DNA of 64,000 nucleotides from Selaginella moellendorffii (taxonomy: Eukaryota; Plantae; Lycopodiophyta). Position numbers and translations under genes: made by a program. Shown here one piece after another: positions 26,201 through 39,812 of the stretch. The DNA lies in NCBI RefSeq assembly GCF_000143415.4, contig NW_003314314.1, positions 1,245,771-1,309,770 of the forward strand, in the 5' to 3' direction. The notes below the pieces were generated by a model. The model had not been told where the DNA came from. It saw only the letters and a program-made list of their open reading frames with translations, and did not search any database. Numbering within the stretch: the first letter of the stretch is position 1; every line of letters starts with the position of its first letter.

Positions 26201-29200
26201 AATACCCATGTCACTACTACAAAGGTTTATGTGAGTATTAACTGTCAACTCAATTCGACAAAATGCAACATAAATGCCACACTCCACCAATAGAAATTTA
26301 TAACACCCAACACCACTAACTTTTGTTTATAACATAAACAAGCTCATGCCACTCTCTTTCTGACCAAACTCAAAACTAATCCAACACTAAGGTACTCAAG
26401 GAACAATAGCAAGGTTCCCTGAAAAAAAATTGAGCATTGTAACTCAAGCCTTCAATAGCAAGCCTAGACCAAATGGTTTAGCACTTCACCGCTATCCATC
26501 TCATGACTCACCACTTGTAATACCATCATAATTAACATGCATCAAGATAGAGATTCTTGATCGCATAATGTGAACACAGGCAATGAGTTAACACCTCATT
26601 GCAAATCATCTCTCTAAGAAGAAAAGATGATTTACGTATTTGATCCTTTATCTTTAATGACTCTCTTTTTGGTCTCATCTTTGACTAAACCTCAAGCTTG
26701 CATTCACACTGCCTTCAATCCAATCCAAGAAAAGTTTATAAGAGGGCATAACAATGACTACCTAAACCAATAGATTAATCCCTATAGTCTTGATTGATCC
26801 ACATATATTCATTCCTAGGAAAGATCCACCAGTGCCGTGCTAAATAGCTACGGACTAGCCTATTTGGTAGTCATAGCAAACCCAAGGAAGGTTTACTTTC
26901 ATCCATAGTATATGGAACAACTCATGGAACCTCCAATAGGCTAACATTAATCCTGCCAACTCAAAATATAACCTTGAGTTGCTAATGTGCCTCACTCACG
27001 AGCCCAAGTGCAAACTCGTGTAAATGAAACAACTCAATCCATCTTATAAGCCCAAGAGCAAACTCACATAATAGGTATAAAAGGTAACCAAATCCATACC
27101 CAAGGAACGAATGCGAAGCCTTTACACCCAAACATGTACCCACTCAGATCATCGTTTTCATCTCTGCATATGCAATGAAACTAGTTGCTCAATCTCATTA
27201 GATAATACCCATTAAGACTCATTCCTCTGATACCAAATGTAACATACATAGTTTTTACCCTTTATCCTATGGTGATTTACCATAGGATAACCATGACACA
27301 GAACTTAAACCCTCCATATGCCACGTGTCACATGCCACGTGTCCAAAGGACAGTGGTGCAAAACCCGAGTTTCAGGGCCTTGGGCCACTGAACAAAGGGA
27401 CGGTACCAAACTCGCAAGTATGGAGCCAAGAAGCAATGGCACTAAAACATGGAACGACTCCTGAGCATATAGCCTAAGGAGTGAAAGGATAGGAGCACAG
27501 AGTAAGCCAATCATTGTCAGCTAGTTCTTGCCTTCTAAGTCTATAGATAGTTGATTATATGATTTCTAATAAGCTAATGAGTATAATATTTGCAATGGTG
27601 GTTGAAGATAAATAGATCAACTATGTCCTTAAAGAGCTTTTCTTTGAAGAGGTAAGTTTTGTTCTAGTGCTCCTTTCTCAATCTTTGTTTTTACAGGGTA
27701 ATTAGTGATATATAAGGATTATAGAGCTACTTGCATGCCTAAGAGGAGTTGAATTTTTATGAATTGATGATTTGTACAGGGCAAAGACACGAGATTATCA
27801 ACTTGTAGCAGTTGAGCATGCCATTAAAAATTCACCAAACAAAGCTAAGCATTGAAGGTGGTTAATAGATGCCATAATAACTATAAGGTGATTGAGAATA
27901 ATATTATAACTCCTTTATTATTTAGGATTTTTTGTTATTCCCGTGGTCCCAACTATAATTGTTTACCATAATCACATTAGCCAGTTTGTTAAGTCAAACA
28001 CTTATATGAATCATATCCTCAACTCTCTAAGGAAAACCTTCTACTATTCCCAAGATCCAAAAATCATTTCTATATTGACCTTTTTATTTATCATATTGCT
28101 TATATATTTATGTATAAATTAAAATAGAGAGCTATGCCTTTTCAACATGCTACTCCTTGAGGATAGACTCACTCCTAGGACCTTTCAATATTACAGTCCT
28201 AAAGTATCCAACATCCCAATGCTAGGACCAGCATGCAAAATGGAGCCAAACGGAATCAGGCACAATTTCAGCATACTAGTGACCTAATGCAAGGATATGG
28301 GTACTCCATCAGCTAGCATGGAATGGAACTTGGGTTTAAACCCAATCCGAACGTAGAACAAAGACAAGCACACAAGCAAGAGCTAGACTATGCCTTAAGT
28401 TAGTCGACCATGCCCAACATATCTACTATTTGTACTATACATTTGGAACCCCCCCTTTTGAGGAACACACGCTTTGGGCTTTCACCCCAAGACACCCTTA
28501 GTACTAGGAGTTAGCCTTTGGGACAAGCTCAAAAATTACTAAATATAGAATGTCCCTAGATTGTGAATTTGGATATGGGATGAACACCATTGTGCTTAGG
28601 ACAATTTCTACATTCTGTAAATATGTCAAATAAGAAAATCTAGACACTTTCCATAAATAGCATTTAGGATTAAAATGAGACTAATAGGGTGTGATAGTGA
28701 GGATGTTTGATAGACATAGTAAGCTATCATTCAGCAATATTGAAGGACTAGTCTCTAGCAAAGGTTCTTGTCAAGCCATTGCAAGATAGAGCAAAAGAGA
28801 ACTAAAAAGCTGGACCAAGTATGCTTAGCTAAATAAACACTTAGGAATTCCTTCCTTATGCTCGTCCGGCCAAGTACAGATGCAAAGTCCAATTTACTAA
28901 CACTTGAACAAAAAGGACTGATAAAGGGTCCAACAATACCGACCTCTTGTCATCGTGGTAGTAAGGAAAGAATATCCAAAAGGACAGCCGACAAGTAACT
29001 TTTGATATATGAAGTTAGACTCCTTTTTAGACTCCACTTTAGACTCGATCTCAACACTTCCATGTGACAATTGCCATATATTAGTCTTTCTTGTGTTCCT
29101 CTTTAGAGACACATTCATGGATCGCTTTGTGTTCATTCCTCGAGCACTTATAATTTGGTATCAAAGTAGTTCCTTAGTCTTACTTTTATCAACAATCAAG

Positions 29201-30399
29201 TTTATCACCACTTAATATTTATATTTGAAAGTCCCAAAAGTGGGACTAGACTAAGGAGTAGGATGTTAGGAAAGTGTGGCTCTCCACTTTGGTTTATACA
29301 TGAACTTATAAGAATTGTGATCAATAGAAGAAAGGCCCGATAAAATAATGACTTTGGTATTTTTATAAATTTAGAAGCTTTTCCTTAAGGATTAGAGCAG
29401 AATTAGGTAAATATGGCTTGATTAGTTGTGGTAAATAATTATAATTGGGATCACTTGAAGCAAAGGGACTCAAAAACCATAAAGGAGTCATAGGATTATC
29501 CTTACATAGTTCAGAATTGTACTTATGAATTTTAGGCTTGAGTTTATCAACGTGATAGTCAAAATATGGTTAAGGACACAAGTCTTCCGAGTGGTAGCTT
29601 GAGCTACCTCTTATAAATGCTAAAAGATTAATGGATGAATTAGCATTCTTATGATGCAGAAGGATTGCTTTAAGAGGTAAAAGTAGACACTTGCAAAGAT
29701 GGTGCTTATGGATAGAATATGAATACAAAAAGTTGCAAAGAGATATAAGATATAAAATGTAAAGAAAGATAGAATACAAATAATATATTATAATAAACTG
29801 ATTTTTCATATTTATTAATTATAAGAAACTCTTTTTATACATTTTTAATATATAAAAATTGTGTTGAATCTATGCATGAAATGGAAGCCCATGTTACTAA
29901 TATATTAGAAACTATTATTTAGAGGATTTCTTTGTTGCACTATATAAAAAAAAAGATTGTCTGCTCACATTCAAGCATAAAGTGATTGTTAATTATTAGT
30001 GTACATGTTTTATATATTTAGAGAAAGGAGTGCTTCATCAAACAGAAAAAAAATAACTTGGTCTATAAGAAAAGAGTATATTTATTTGGAAAGAGTATTA
30101 CTTATATAAAAAAATATTTCCAAGAGTATTCTAGTTTTTTTTATCAGGGAGATTAAGGTAGGTTATGACTTACTACAAATGTGGTTTATCTTTCAAAAAA
30201 TCTACAAAAAAGTGCTTATGCATTAGAGTTCATGAAAGGGCATTATGCAAGAAACATTGAGTGAAAGTGAAGTTATTGCTCTTGATATGATTATTTTTTG
30301 AAGTTTCTTTCTGTAGCCTCCTGTAAGTAACTCTTAGTTTGTTTGACTTTGATACTTATGTTAGCACTTGGGCTCTTAGCGTTCTAGAGGATTCTCAGG

Positions 30400-31028
30400 T
30401 TTCTTGTTCTCAACATGAGACTCCTCAAGCCAATTCCACCATCAAAAACCCAAATTATGCAAAACCATTGGAATGGTTTTGCATCTGGAGTTCTTTTGAT
30501 AGCCAAAAACATCACTCATTTATGCCACCATCACCAAAAAAGGTTAGAATCTTCAGTTGATCCACCAAGTCTTATTTTGGAGCACCACCACCACCAGCCT
30601 TGAGTAGGCTTCAACATGCTCACACATAATAGCTATCATGCTATGCATCACTTCTTGCATCTCTTGCTGATTTTTGTTGAGGGGTCACAACTTATGAATA
30701 ACATTATGGATAGTCCAAACTTCCACAACTCCATCGGCACCACTATTAACATCACCATCAACATTAAGATTCTAGCATTCATTTTGGCTGGCCACTGCCA
30801 CCAACTTCTTTGATACCAATGTTACAATCCAGCACTAAATAACAAACACATAGGCTCCCTAGACTGTGCTATGCCTCCTCTTAAGGTTCCTCACCACCCA
30901 ACCACAAAAGCTCCATTGTACCAGCCCTTAGGGTAGGTTAAATTCCTTATCTTAAGTCCATGCCTTAATATACCCTTGAGCTTACCTTTGACCCACGTTG
31001 ACCACATGGTCAAAGTTGGCACCTAACA
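30400..31028 (-). mobile_element. Degenerate family C element: LTR 30820-31028, PBS and decayed gag
   Basis: LTR matches 1375-1607; TGATACCA lies next to it; 30400-30810 is similar to 20040-20470. Confidence 0.8.
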
Positions 31029-32144
31029 ATCTTTACCTTAGATAGTTTTGTCTCACGATATGACTGTGCTAATGAGATCCATAAAACTGTTTAGAGCCAT
31101 ACGATGTATCTCAGTAATACATGTTCGGTCAAGATCAATGCATGGAAGGCATTGATCTTTATCTACTGGCATAGCTTTCATCTTTCTATCTGCAAGTATC
31201 TCCCAAGAAGAAAGAAGGCATATCACCACAAGTGCTAGAAAATATATAAACAGCACCCTTGACCACTTCTCTATGGAGCGTGTCACAGTCTCAACATAAC
31301 TGATAATCTGTACCTCAATGCTTGCAGAGTCAACATAAAAACCATCCCTTGAGCTCTGAAGTGCCTAATGTGAGTGACTCTTGCTATACAGAATCAATTA
31401 TACAAGTGGTTCGTAAGACTTTAATTGCATTCTGGGCAATTATTTGCCGTTTTAAACCCCCCCCCCCCCCCCCCCCCCCTATTTCACCTGAAAAAAAAAT
31501 TAAACCCTACATTTTTAAAAACTTCCCCTTTGCAACCGGCACCATTCTGTCTCTTAAAAAGTCAATGAGTGATTAAGAAAAAGAGGGAAAAATTTAATTG
31601 ACTCTGTAAGCAAGAAATTGCATTAATGAAAGTACATTATATCCACACACCTGTCACGAGATCACACACGGTAAAAATTTACTACGAAGTCCACCGTCGT
31701 CATAACTGTGAACTTCATAAACGTGTTTGGTCGGATTACTGCGTTCTCATAGCTTGTGAAAACAAACAAAACCGCTGCTTCAATGCTACATCGTGGCGAC
31801 TGTAAAACGCCAGCTTCTCATACAAACCCTAGAATTTAAAACATAAAAAAATTAGTGTAGATACACATAACGTTGTATGGAAATCCAGAATTAAAAACAT
31901 TAAACAGGATTCGGCTCGATTCGCTCGTTGGACGCCCCACCAAACTCAACATTCTAAAGCACCAGATGCACAGAAGATTCCGTAATCAGTCCAAGCATCC
32001 TCGAATCCCAAACACTACTTTTGCAATAGTACATCCACAAACGCTATCGGATGAAAGGATTAAAGTAAAAAAGCTAAGAACAAACACAGTGTGACATAGA
32101 TTATTACAAGCGGTAACCACCACCTTGTTCAGCTAACGGTTTCC

Positions 32145-35100
32145 TAAGGAGCAGCACTGCACCTCTTGATTTGAACACATTTTAATACCAGAGATGAAGA
32201 TGCTGAATCCTTGAATGGTTGTGATTGCATAGCTTCACCCTATAGTTGATAATCACCTATCTGAAGATAAGGTTAAAAACTGCAATACCTGAGTCATATG
32301 ACTCGCATAATTTGTAATTAGTTGTAATTGTGTCCCATTTAAACCGCTGAGGTACGGGAGAAAATCCTTCCCAATTACTACATAAATGTCAACCAGAGAG
32401 AACAGAACAGCCTGCAGCACATAGTACTGATGTCGTGGGAATGTTAAGGCCCTTAAAATGGAATACCTGTCTCACGTCTTCTTGCTGGTGCTTGAATGCC
32501 TCTACAAGCACTGGCAGAAAGGTTGGAAGCCTTTCAACTAGCATTTCCTTAGGAAGTCGTTTCACAATCTGCCCACACATGCAAGTGTAAGCGTCACAAG
32601 CTACAATCTTCAATATATTCACCTGTTTAAGAATATCTGGGATAATTGACAAGGCCAATTCCCTAATAAACTTATCAGAATCCTTGGCTGCTTCCAATAC
32701 AGTTGAAATGAGCTTGTCAAAATACTGCAGATATTAAATCCTTTACTTTAAAATGATGCTCTTTATGTTAATGTGCAAACCTGTGACCAAACTTTTGTGT
32801 CGCTAGATTGGTGAAGCCGGGCTGCTGCGAGCAATGCCTCGTGCTTCACTGATAGCGTCTTTTCAGGTCCCCAAAGAAAGACCTACATTAGAACACGTTA
32901 TGATATATCACTAAAACACCATTATCTACCCGCTCAGTTAGCATGCGAGTAACGTTATTCTCAGCACTTCCAGTGTCTGGATTCAAATGTGCACTGTCAG
33001 CCCCGTCCGAGACGTCCACGTTCATTGAGTAACTGTCTAGCCATCTTCTAGTTTTGTCGCAGTTTATATCCCACCCAGTATTGGAGTCCCTGATTTTGGG
33101 TCCAATAATCGTCGGGTCGCCAGAATTTTGTGGAGTTCTACAGTTGAACCGTAACTCCTTCACCATTCCTTCGTTCACACCCGATCTATCCATCTGAGTT
33201 GGATTTGGAGGCTTATTGTCACAATTTTTTACTGCCGGAAAAACGTGCATGTAAGGCTTCCTCATTGCTGACATATCAGTCTCCTCCATGGTAACCAGAG
33301 GAGCCCTGTGACTCCTAAACCGCATATGGTCCACAAGGTCGACCTCAATCTGTGGAACATATTGCTTTAAGGACCTCCTCAAGGCGGTTTGCTCGTCAAC
33401 TGGCAAGGCCAAGATAAACTCGAGTACGATTATAGTATCCAGGTGAGAGTAGACAGCTATGATTCCCATCAGAGAAGTCTCCTTAACTTTCGATTGCCTA
33501 GACTTGGAAAGTGTCACCAGCTTAGACAACCAAAGCCTTAGAAGTGGTGATATAACTTCGTAGTTGAACTCCAGCTTCACAAAAGCACCAATTGCATACT
33601 CTATAACTGCCACCTTTCCTTTTGGCGAACGTTGCTCGTCAAGGGAGCGGAGAATTGCTGGAAAAAGTATTTTAATGTCGTATGTATTTCCAATAGCTTG
33701 TAAAGCTGCTGCTGCGAGCTCGCAAGTTTCATCTCTTGAGTCCACCAGTCGAGGAAATAGAAGCGGAAGCATTAAATCTAGCTGAACTCCAAATCCCTTC
33801 TTACATGCCTTTACCAGATCAACCACTATAGAAAGTGCCGCCTGAGAAACTTTGAAGTGTGCATCCGTCAAATGGTCCCGGAGCAATCTTATGATGCTAT
33901 CAAAACACTGGTGGATCTCTGACAGGCCCTTTGAACCTTGGTGTAGAAATTTCTTGATGGAAGAAAATGCTCCCACTCTGACAGACCAATCAGCAGTTTT
34001 ACTAAGACTTTCTGCAAGAGTCTCGTCTAACGATATCATCCCAGAAATGCAGCAGGGTTCTCCTGGATCTTGTGTAGCATTACAACAACTTTGGCCCTGG
34101 CGTGTTTGTGCTTGAGTTTCGTCAGGATTTTTGTCAGCTACTCGAGGTTCACTGATGATCACGGAGACTCCATCATGATCACTACCATCGAGGTGAACAT
34201 CTAATTGAAATGAAGGTGATGCAAGCTGGGGAGCAGACGGTGCAGCTATTGTTGACCGCACGTTACTTGAAGGGCCATGCTTTAACAAGTAGCTTCCTGC
34301 CAGAAACCTTGGTAAAGTTTTAGCTATAATTCTCATCAAACAAACCTGCTGGGGACGCGTTTTCATTCAGCTGTTTTTTCATCCCAGCAACAGGAGATGG
34401 CACTTTTGGTCCACATGTGCATACCTTTGAATCAATCTTTCCAAGCATAAAGATCAAGCTGTTAGTTCCAATCTTAGCTCGTGAACAAGAACCTAAATAG
34501 GTACCTGACCAGGCCACCGTAAGGAAAATGTTCGAATCTCATCTTTAAAATGGTCTCCCTTTTTCTGATATAGCTTCTGGAAGATGCATACGAATAGAAC
34601 TCTTACCGTAAATGAATTGATTTGTACCTCCAAAATTTTCATAGTGGCTTCCTTAACATGAGAGTTTGGATCTTTAGCCAAGTCCAAAACCTGTGCAAAC
34701 GAAACGCAAGTCAAGTCCAGAAAAGAAAATGAAGATTCTTCGATTTTACCACAGGAAGTAAAAGCTGGACGACAGGGAGTTCGTCTAGAGAAAAAAGTCT
34801 AATTGCGGAGTCTAGCACTCGCACAAACTCCTCACGAACTTTACAGTTGTAATGTTGAGACGCATTAGTGCTGATCCTTTCAATTACCATCGTCGGTGAG
34901 AATATCTGAAAGGCGTCAACAACTAGAAGACCATGCATAGTTGTTCTTATTTGCCAGGCAAGCAAAATTTTCAAGATTGTCAACTACCTGCATGAGAGCT
35001 AGCAGGAGTCCACGCCCTGCGTCACGGACAGACTGCTTGTCGTCTCCAAGTCTATCTATAATTGCAGGCAGCAGCGCCATGAAATCTAGCTGAAGTCTAT

Positions 35101-35338
35101 CACCAGCAAGAGACGCTGCTGATGCAAGAACGTGAAGGGCTCCCTGACATACTTCATGATCTCGGTCTTTAAGGAGATCAACGGTGGCATTGAGTAGGTT
35201 TCCCACATCCGTCGCATTCAAACTTTTCTGGTTCCTGTCAAGAACTGCTTGCAGCTTCTGTATGGCAGCAACTCTCTCTCGGTTATCCTGCACCTGAAGC
35301 TGGGAAATCGCGGCATCCATTTCTCGAGCTGGAATCAT
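32145..35338 (-). CDS. CLASP: CLIP-associated protein (CLASP)-like HEAT/TOG microtubule-associated protein, multi-exon; stop position uncertain (32145-32255)
   Basis: N-terminal TOG (IIDRLGDDKQSVRDAGR); TOG3-like block DWSVRVGAF..HLTDAHFKVSQAAL..LRSLDEQRSPKGKVAVIE; C-terminus LVDIYVVIGKDFLPYLSGLNGTQLQLITNYA. GT-AG introns, e.g. 34906-34987 and 34691-34749. Confidence 0.88.
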
Positions 35339-35542
35339 TCCCTACTTAATCAATCCGTCCTGAGATGGAAGAAATCAAGAAAGTACCTCCGGTTGAGCGC
35401 CTTTTCGTATCAAGCGCGGCCTCAAACCCTATTGCCCCAAGGGAGTGACCATTTCAATCTCGTAATAAAATGGCGGGAAGGCTAGCGAATATACCACAAA
35501 TATTGTACCTTGCACTAAGAATTGTAAAGGCGTTATCGTAAG

Positions 35543-38500
35543 TCAAGAAGTTTCTGCTGTCTGAAGTGATGTCGCTCTGGAGCTGACTGACGTCTTTTTA
35601 GAAGTCGACCGGGAGGCAGGATGCAGAAAAGAATCTTGCTTGCGTCTGATCTCTTGAACAATGTGATTGTCCATTGGCCTCAACGCACGTTGAGCTGCTA
35701 AAATTGTAAAGTACGGAAACAGGGATATAGGCGGTATAAGAATAGTAGCCAACCAATAAACAGGGCTAGGAAGCATAACTTCCACAAAAACCTTGTAACC
35801 TGTTGTAGAAATAGATGTGCAGAGAAATCCATAGACAACTAAAAACAAATACCAAAGGAAAATGCTTCCCCATATACCCAAGTGCTGAATCCAGCTAAAG
35901 TGATTCGTTGTCAACACCATCTGAAGGCTAACTATCCAGATAATGCATGTGTACATACTTGTACCGAAGGCATCCAGGCTTGGTGTTTTCCCGTCCTTTC
36001 TGAAGGAATGAAGCTTATAAATGTTCCAGGTGAAGTAGTAAGTGATAAGGGAGCTATATATGCTGTTGGTAAACCAGGCAAAAACTTGAGACCAGTTGAA
36101 TAGAATGTTCTTAGGTCCTTGCTGATAAAGAGCAGGAAACTGTAGGCACCCTCTTGCAGATACGTCTTGTTCAAAAATGCCAAGCACCAATGCAGGAATG
36201 GAGGTAAATATTACGTTGAACAAGGACATAGTCCAGTCATTGTATACCGTTTGTCCAGAATAACATGTATACGCTTCGTAGTAGAAAAGAGTGAGACCAA
36301 ATGTCATGTTTTTGTAAAAGAAGTAGCAGATCTGCAGGTACCAGTATTCATTAGCAATAAAGTATCCATCCTAAAGACTAACCATTGAAGAAATTCTTTT
36401 GTAACACCAATGTCCATGAACAATTAGCAAACGCTCCAGAAAGCTAAATTGAGCAATTGCGAAGTCACTAGCCATAACTGCCTATATAAGGTCTCAGTAA
36501 ACAACAAGTATGTTCAGAGGAAAATATGGACCTGCATGCCTTCTACGCCACTTATACCAACACCAATATGTGCCTCCTGAATCATGCCCACGTCGTTTGC
36601 TCCATCTCCAATGGCCAGGGTAATTTTACCTGTCCCTTGTTTAACAAGCCTTGCCACCTGCTTGTGGATGTTAGTTTTCAAACATCTATAATTCAGACCA
36701 AACTCACCAAAGCTTTTTGAAGCGGTGAGACTCTACAACAAATTACAGAAGCACATTTTATAGCTAGCTTAAGCAGGCTCAATTTCAAATCCTCACTTAG
36801 CGCATATGTGAGAGATTTTCCATCAATAATCAATGCAAATACTGTATTTAAACTTTTTTCAGAGTCTACATCTTGTAAACCTGACATAATAAGTTCCTGA
36901 ACTTTATCCTGTAGAAGTCCTGTGTTATCAAATGCGTGCTAAATAAGTAGATAAATCAGGATTAACCTTAGCAACTTCTTCCATCTCTCTAGGAGCATCT
37001 ACTGAGGAGATATTTAAGAGCTCCGTGGCTATAATAATCTGCTTCATTCCCTGTCTAATCAAATTGCAAGCATAGCTGCACATACGTTAAAAAGATAGTA
37101 TAATGCACACCACAAAAACAGGATAAGAGGCAGACCCAATGTTGATAGCAGTCTCGAGCTTATCACCTGTCAAAACCCAGATTTTAAGACCAGCTTGTGC
37201 GAGGATCTCAATACATTCTGGAACCTGCGAAGTCTACTACCATATTGAAAGGCAAACTTTATTACAAAAAGCTTACTCCTTTTTGTAGTTTGTCTTCTAC
37301 AGCAGTGGCACCCAGAAGAACAAGATCTTTCTCCAGTTCATCCGATGCATTGTTTAGTAACAACTCACGCTCAATGCCAACAGTAATTTTGGCATTTTGA
37401 AACGTTTCATTCCACCTGATGTATTCGGTTTCCTCGATCTTTCGATATGCCAGCACTAGTGTTCTTAGACCAGCCTCTGCATACTTACCAAGGTGCACTC
37501 GAGTAGCTTCTTCGTATTGGCGACCGTTTGCACCAAGTCGCTCAAAGATAACGCTGAGGACATAATGTGAGTAAAAACAATTAGCAGTTCAATTCAATAT
37601 AAACCTGTCAGCACCCTTGCAGAACAAAATAATTTGTCCATCTTCTCCCTTAGCTACTACAGACATCCTTTTTCTTGTACTGTTGAACTCAAGAAGATTC
37701 AGTATTTGATATTCTCTGTACAGAAGTTTTAGTACACTAACTTTGAAATTTTATAGGGCAAACCTTTCCAGCTTTGTGTCAAGATCTATATCCGGTTCCC
37801 ATACCATGACACTACTTTGGTTTCTTTTAAAAAAAATAAAACCAAATTCTCTGGCAGCTATAACGAAGGCATTTTCGTCTGGGGATTCTGCTTCATAGTG
37901 GATTTCGTTGTCGTCATCCTCTTCGGCAATAGCAGAGTGACAAACTGCTAACAGTTGAAAAAAAAGCCGTATCGAATGAGGATTGGGCTCATATATCCAG
38001 TTGCCTTCCATTAAGCGTTCGTCCTTGAAGTTAAATCCTTTAATAGTGGGAGCATTCGTCTGGACTTTTTCTGAAGACAAGCAGAACTTGTCGTTATTAT
38101 CATCTTCGGAACAAGACTCTTGAATGTCTTCAGATTCCCATTGTTCTTTGCTAAGTCTTCTTGCAATACTTTTCTCTACCTCCGTGACACCTCGACCATA
38201 GGGCGTGCCTGAAATTGAGCACTTGAGAAAATTCATAGAGTTGCATGTCAAAGTTCCAGTTTTGTCAGATAATATGGTGTGAACTTGCCCAAGTTCCTCG
38301 TTCAAGTTGGAAGTTCGTGCTTGAGCTGTCTTGTTGGACTCTTCGTGAAACATTTGCCAGTCCCAGTTGATAAAACTGGCTTGGACTGTCTTAACAATCT
38401 CGATTGAGACATACAAAGAGATTGGTATAAGATACCCATATAAAATAAGTGCTGTAACTAGATGTAGAAATGATGCAGCAGTTGCTCGTCGAGGATCATA

Positions 38501-39568
38501 AAACACCTGCGCCTTGTCAGGAGACATATACCACCATGTAGGCATTTGTTCTTTTGTTACTATGCCGTAGAAAAGAGAACCAACAGTAGCAATTAATAAC
38601 AAGACGCTGAAAAGGATGTAGATGATGTAGTCCATTTTTTTCTCAATGCGGCTTCGTTTTGAAGGAGGGTCTGTAGCGTTTTGCATGACCTTCGTGTCAT
38701 GACCGCTAAATATTACAACCCCATATATAAAGTCTGTGTTTCGAAGTCTTGATCCCCGAAGTAACAGTTGCTGGGGCCCAAGAGAACTAAGGTGGTCGTC
38801 AAAGTCAAGTGTTCCAATAAATGTGTACAAGCTGTTATTTGGATCTTCACATCTCACAATTCCATCAAATTTCTCAATGTCTTCCTCGTGAACTATTTTA
38901 ACCGTGATTTCTAGTGACTGCTTCACCTTCAAATTTGTTTCACCATCAAGGGTCATGGTTTCGACATAGCAGATTCCATCTGTGTAACTTGTGGATAGCA
39001 TGAAAAGGTCAGCTGGGAAAAAGTGATCTTTTCGAACCATCACAATATCCCCAACAGTAACATCTTGCCACTCTCTTAATTCAAATTCTCCAGTTCCACA
39101 GTTAACCAAAACCAACCGAGAATTTACCTCTTTGTCCTGCAGAACGAAGAGCTAATAGAGCAAAGAAGAGACAAATCTGTATTGTACCTGCTTATGGCGC
39201 CTCCAATCTTCCAGTCCCTCTTTAAGCATGCTTATACCCATGACAAAGATCAAAGGTGCGATCAAGCTGCCTGGAGAGAACGGAGTTAAGGGCGTGAGTG
39301 ACAAAACTGCGGCAAATAAAAAGTATAGGCTGGCCACCCTTCTGAATTGCTCAAATAACGCCTTTGGGAAGAATGTGATCACGTCGTACTTAGTAGTAGA
39401 GACATAATTGGAGAGGTATTTCAGAGGACCAGCCTTGTGTTTTCCTGGCTGGTTGCAGTATACTACCCTTGAGAAACCTGTCGGTGGAAAATCCTTCACT
39501 GCAGAAGGTTTGCCGCAGCAAAATGAATATAATCTGCTCCACCTTACACGTTTTCTGCCACCAGTCAT
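35543..39568 (-). CDS. ALA: P4-type phospholipid-transporting ATPase (aminophospholipid flippase, ALA family), multi-exon
   Basis: [30 protein letters not shown] phosphorylation motif, [20 protein letters not shown]-terminal TM region. Short introns, e.g. 39137-39187. Confidence 0.96.
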
Positions 39569-39812
39569 TGCAGAACATGATACCACTCCCACAGGCGGCT
39601 TTTTAAAAGACTGTTGGTTGAAACAAGCAAACCTGCGCTTTTTCACAGTTAATGACGCGTAAACACACGGCCTAGCTAAGGGTTATTTTTAAAGACAAAC
39701 CGTACTGGTTTTGCCTATGGAAGAGCCGGACGTCGGGATGAGGCACGTCATCCGCAGAAGCACCGGGATGGTAGTTAGCTAACAGTGGCCCATAGGGTTG
39801 TCTCAAGACGCC

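Larger units (their letters stand above)
10246..29010 (-). mobile_element. Older degenerate LARD-A copy (pieces 10246-13470, 25878-27500, ~28190-29010) hosting later insertions
   Basis: Colinear similarity to 3671-8140; PBS at ~27225-27235; LTR from 27238. Confidence 0.75.

Noticed and set aside
27500-30330. AT-rich decayed retroelement scraps (27500-28190, 29165-29800)
   Set aside because: Too degenerate to assign a family or boundaries.
31053-31286. 77-aa ORF with a hydrophobic N-terminus
   Set aside because: Non-ATG start and no recognisable family; it might be an exon truncated by LTR-C, but I cannot support that.
39700-39810. X-box-like motifs in the divergent promoter
   Set aside because: Poor match, and RFX factors are not known in plants.
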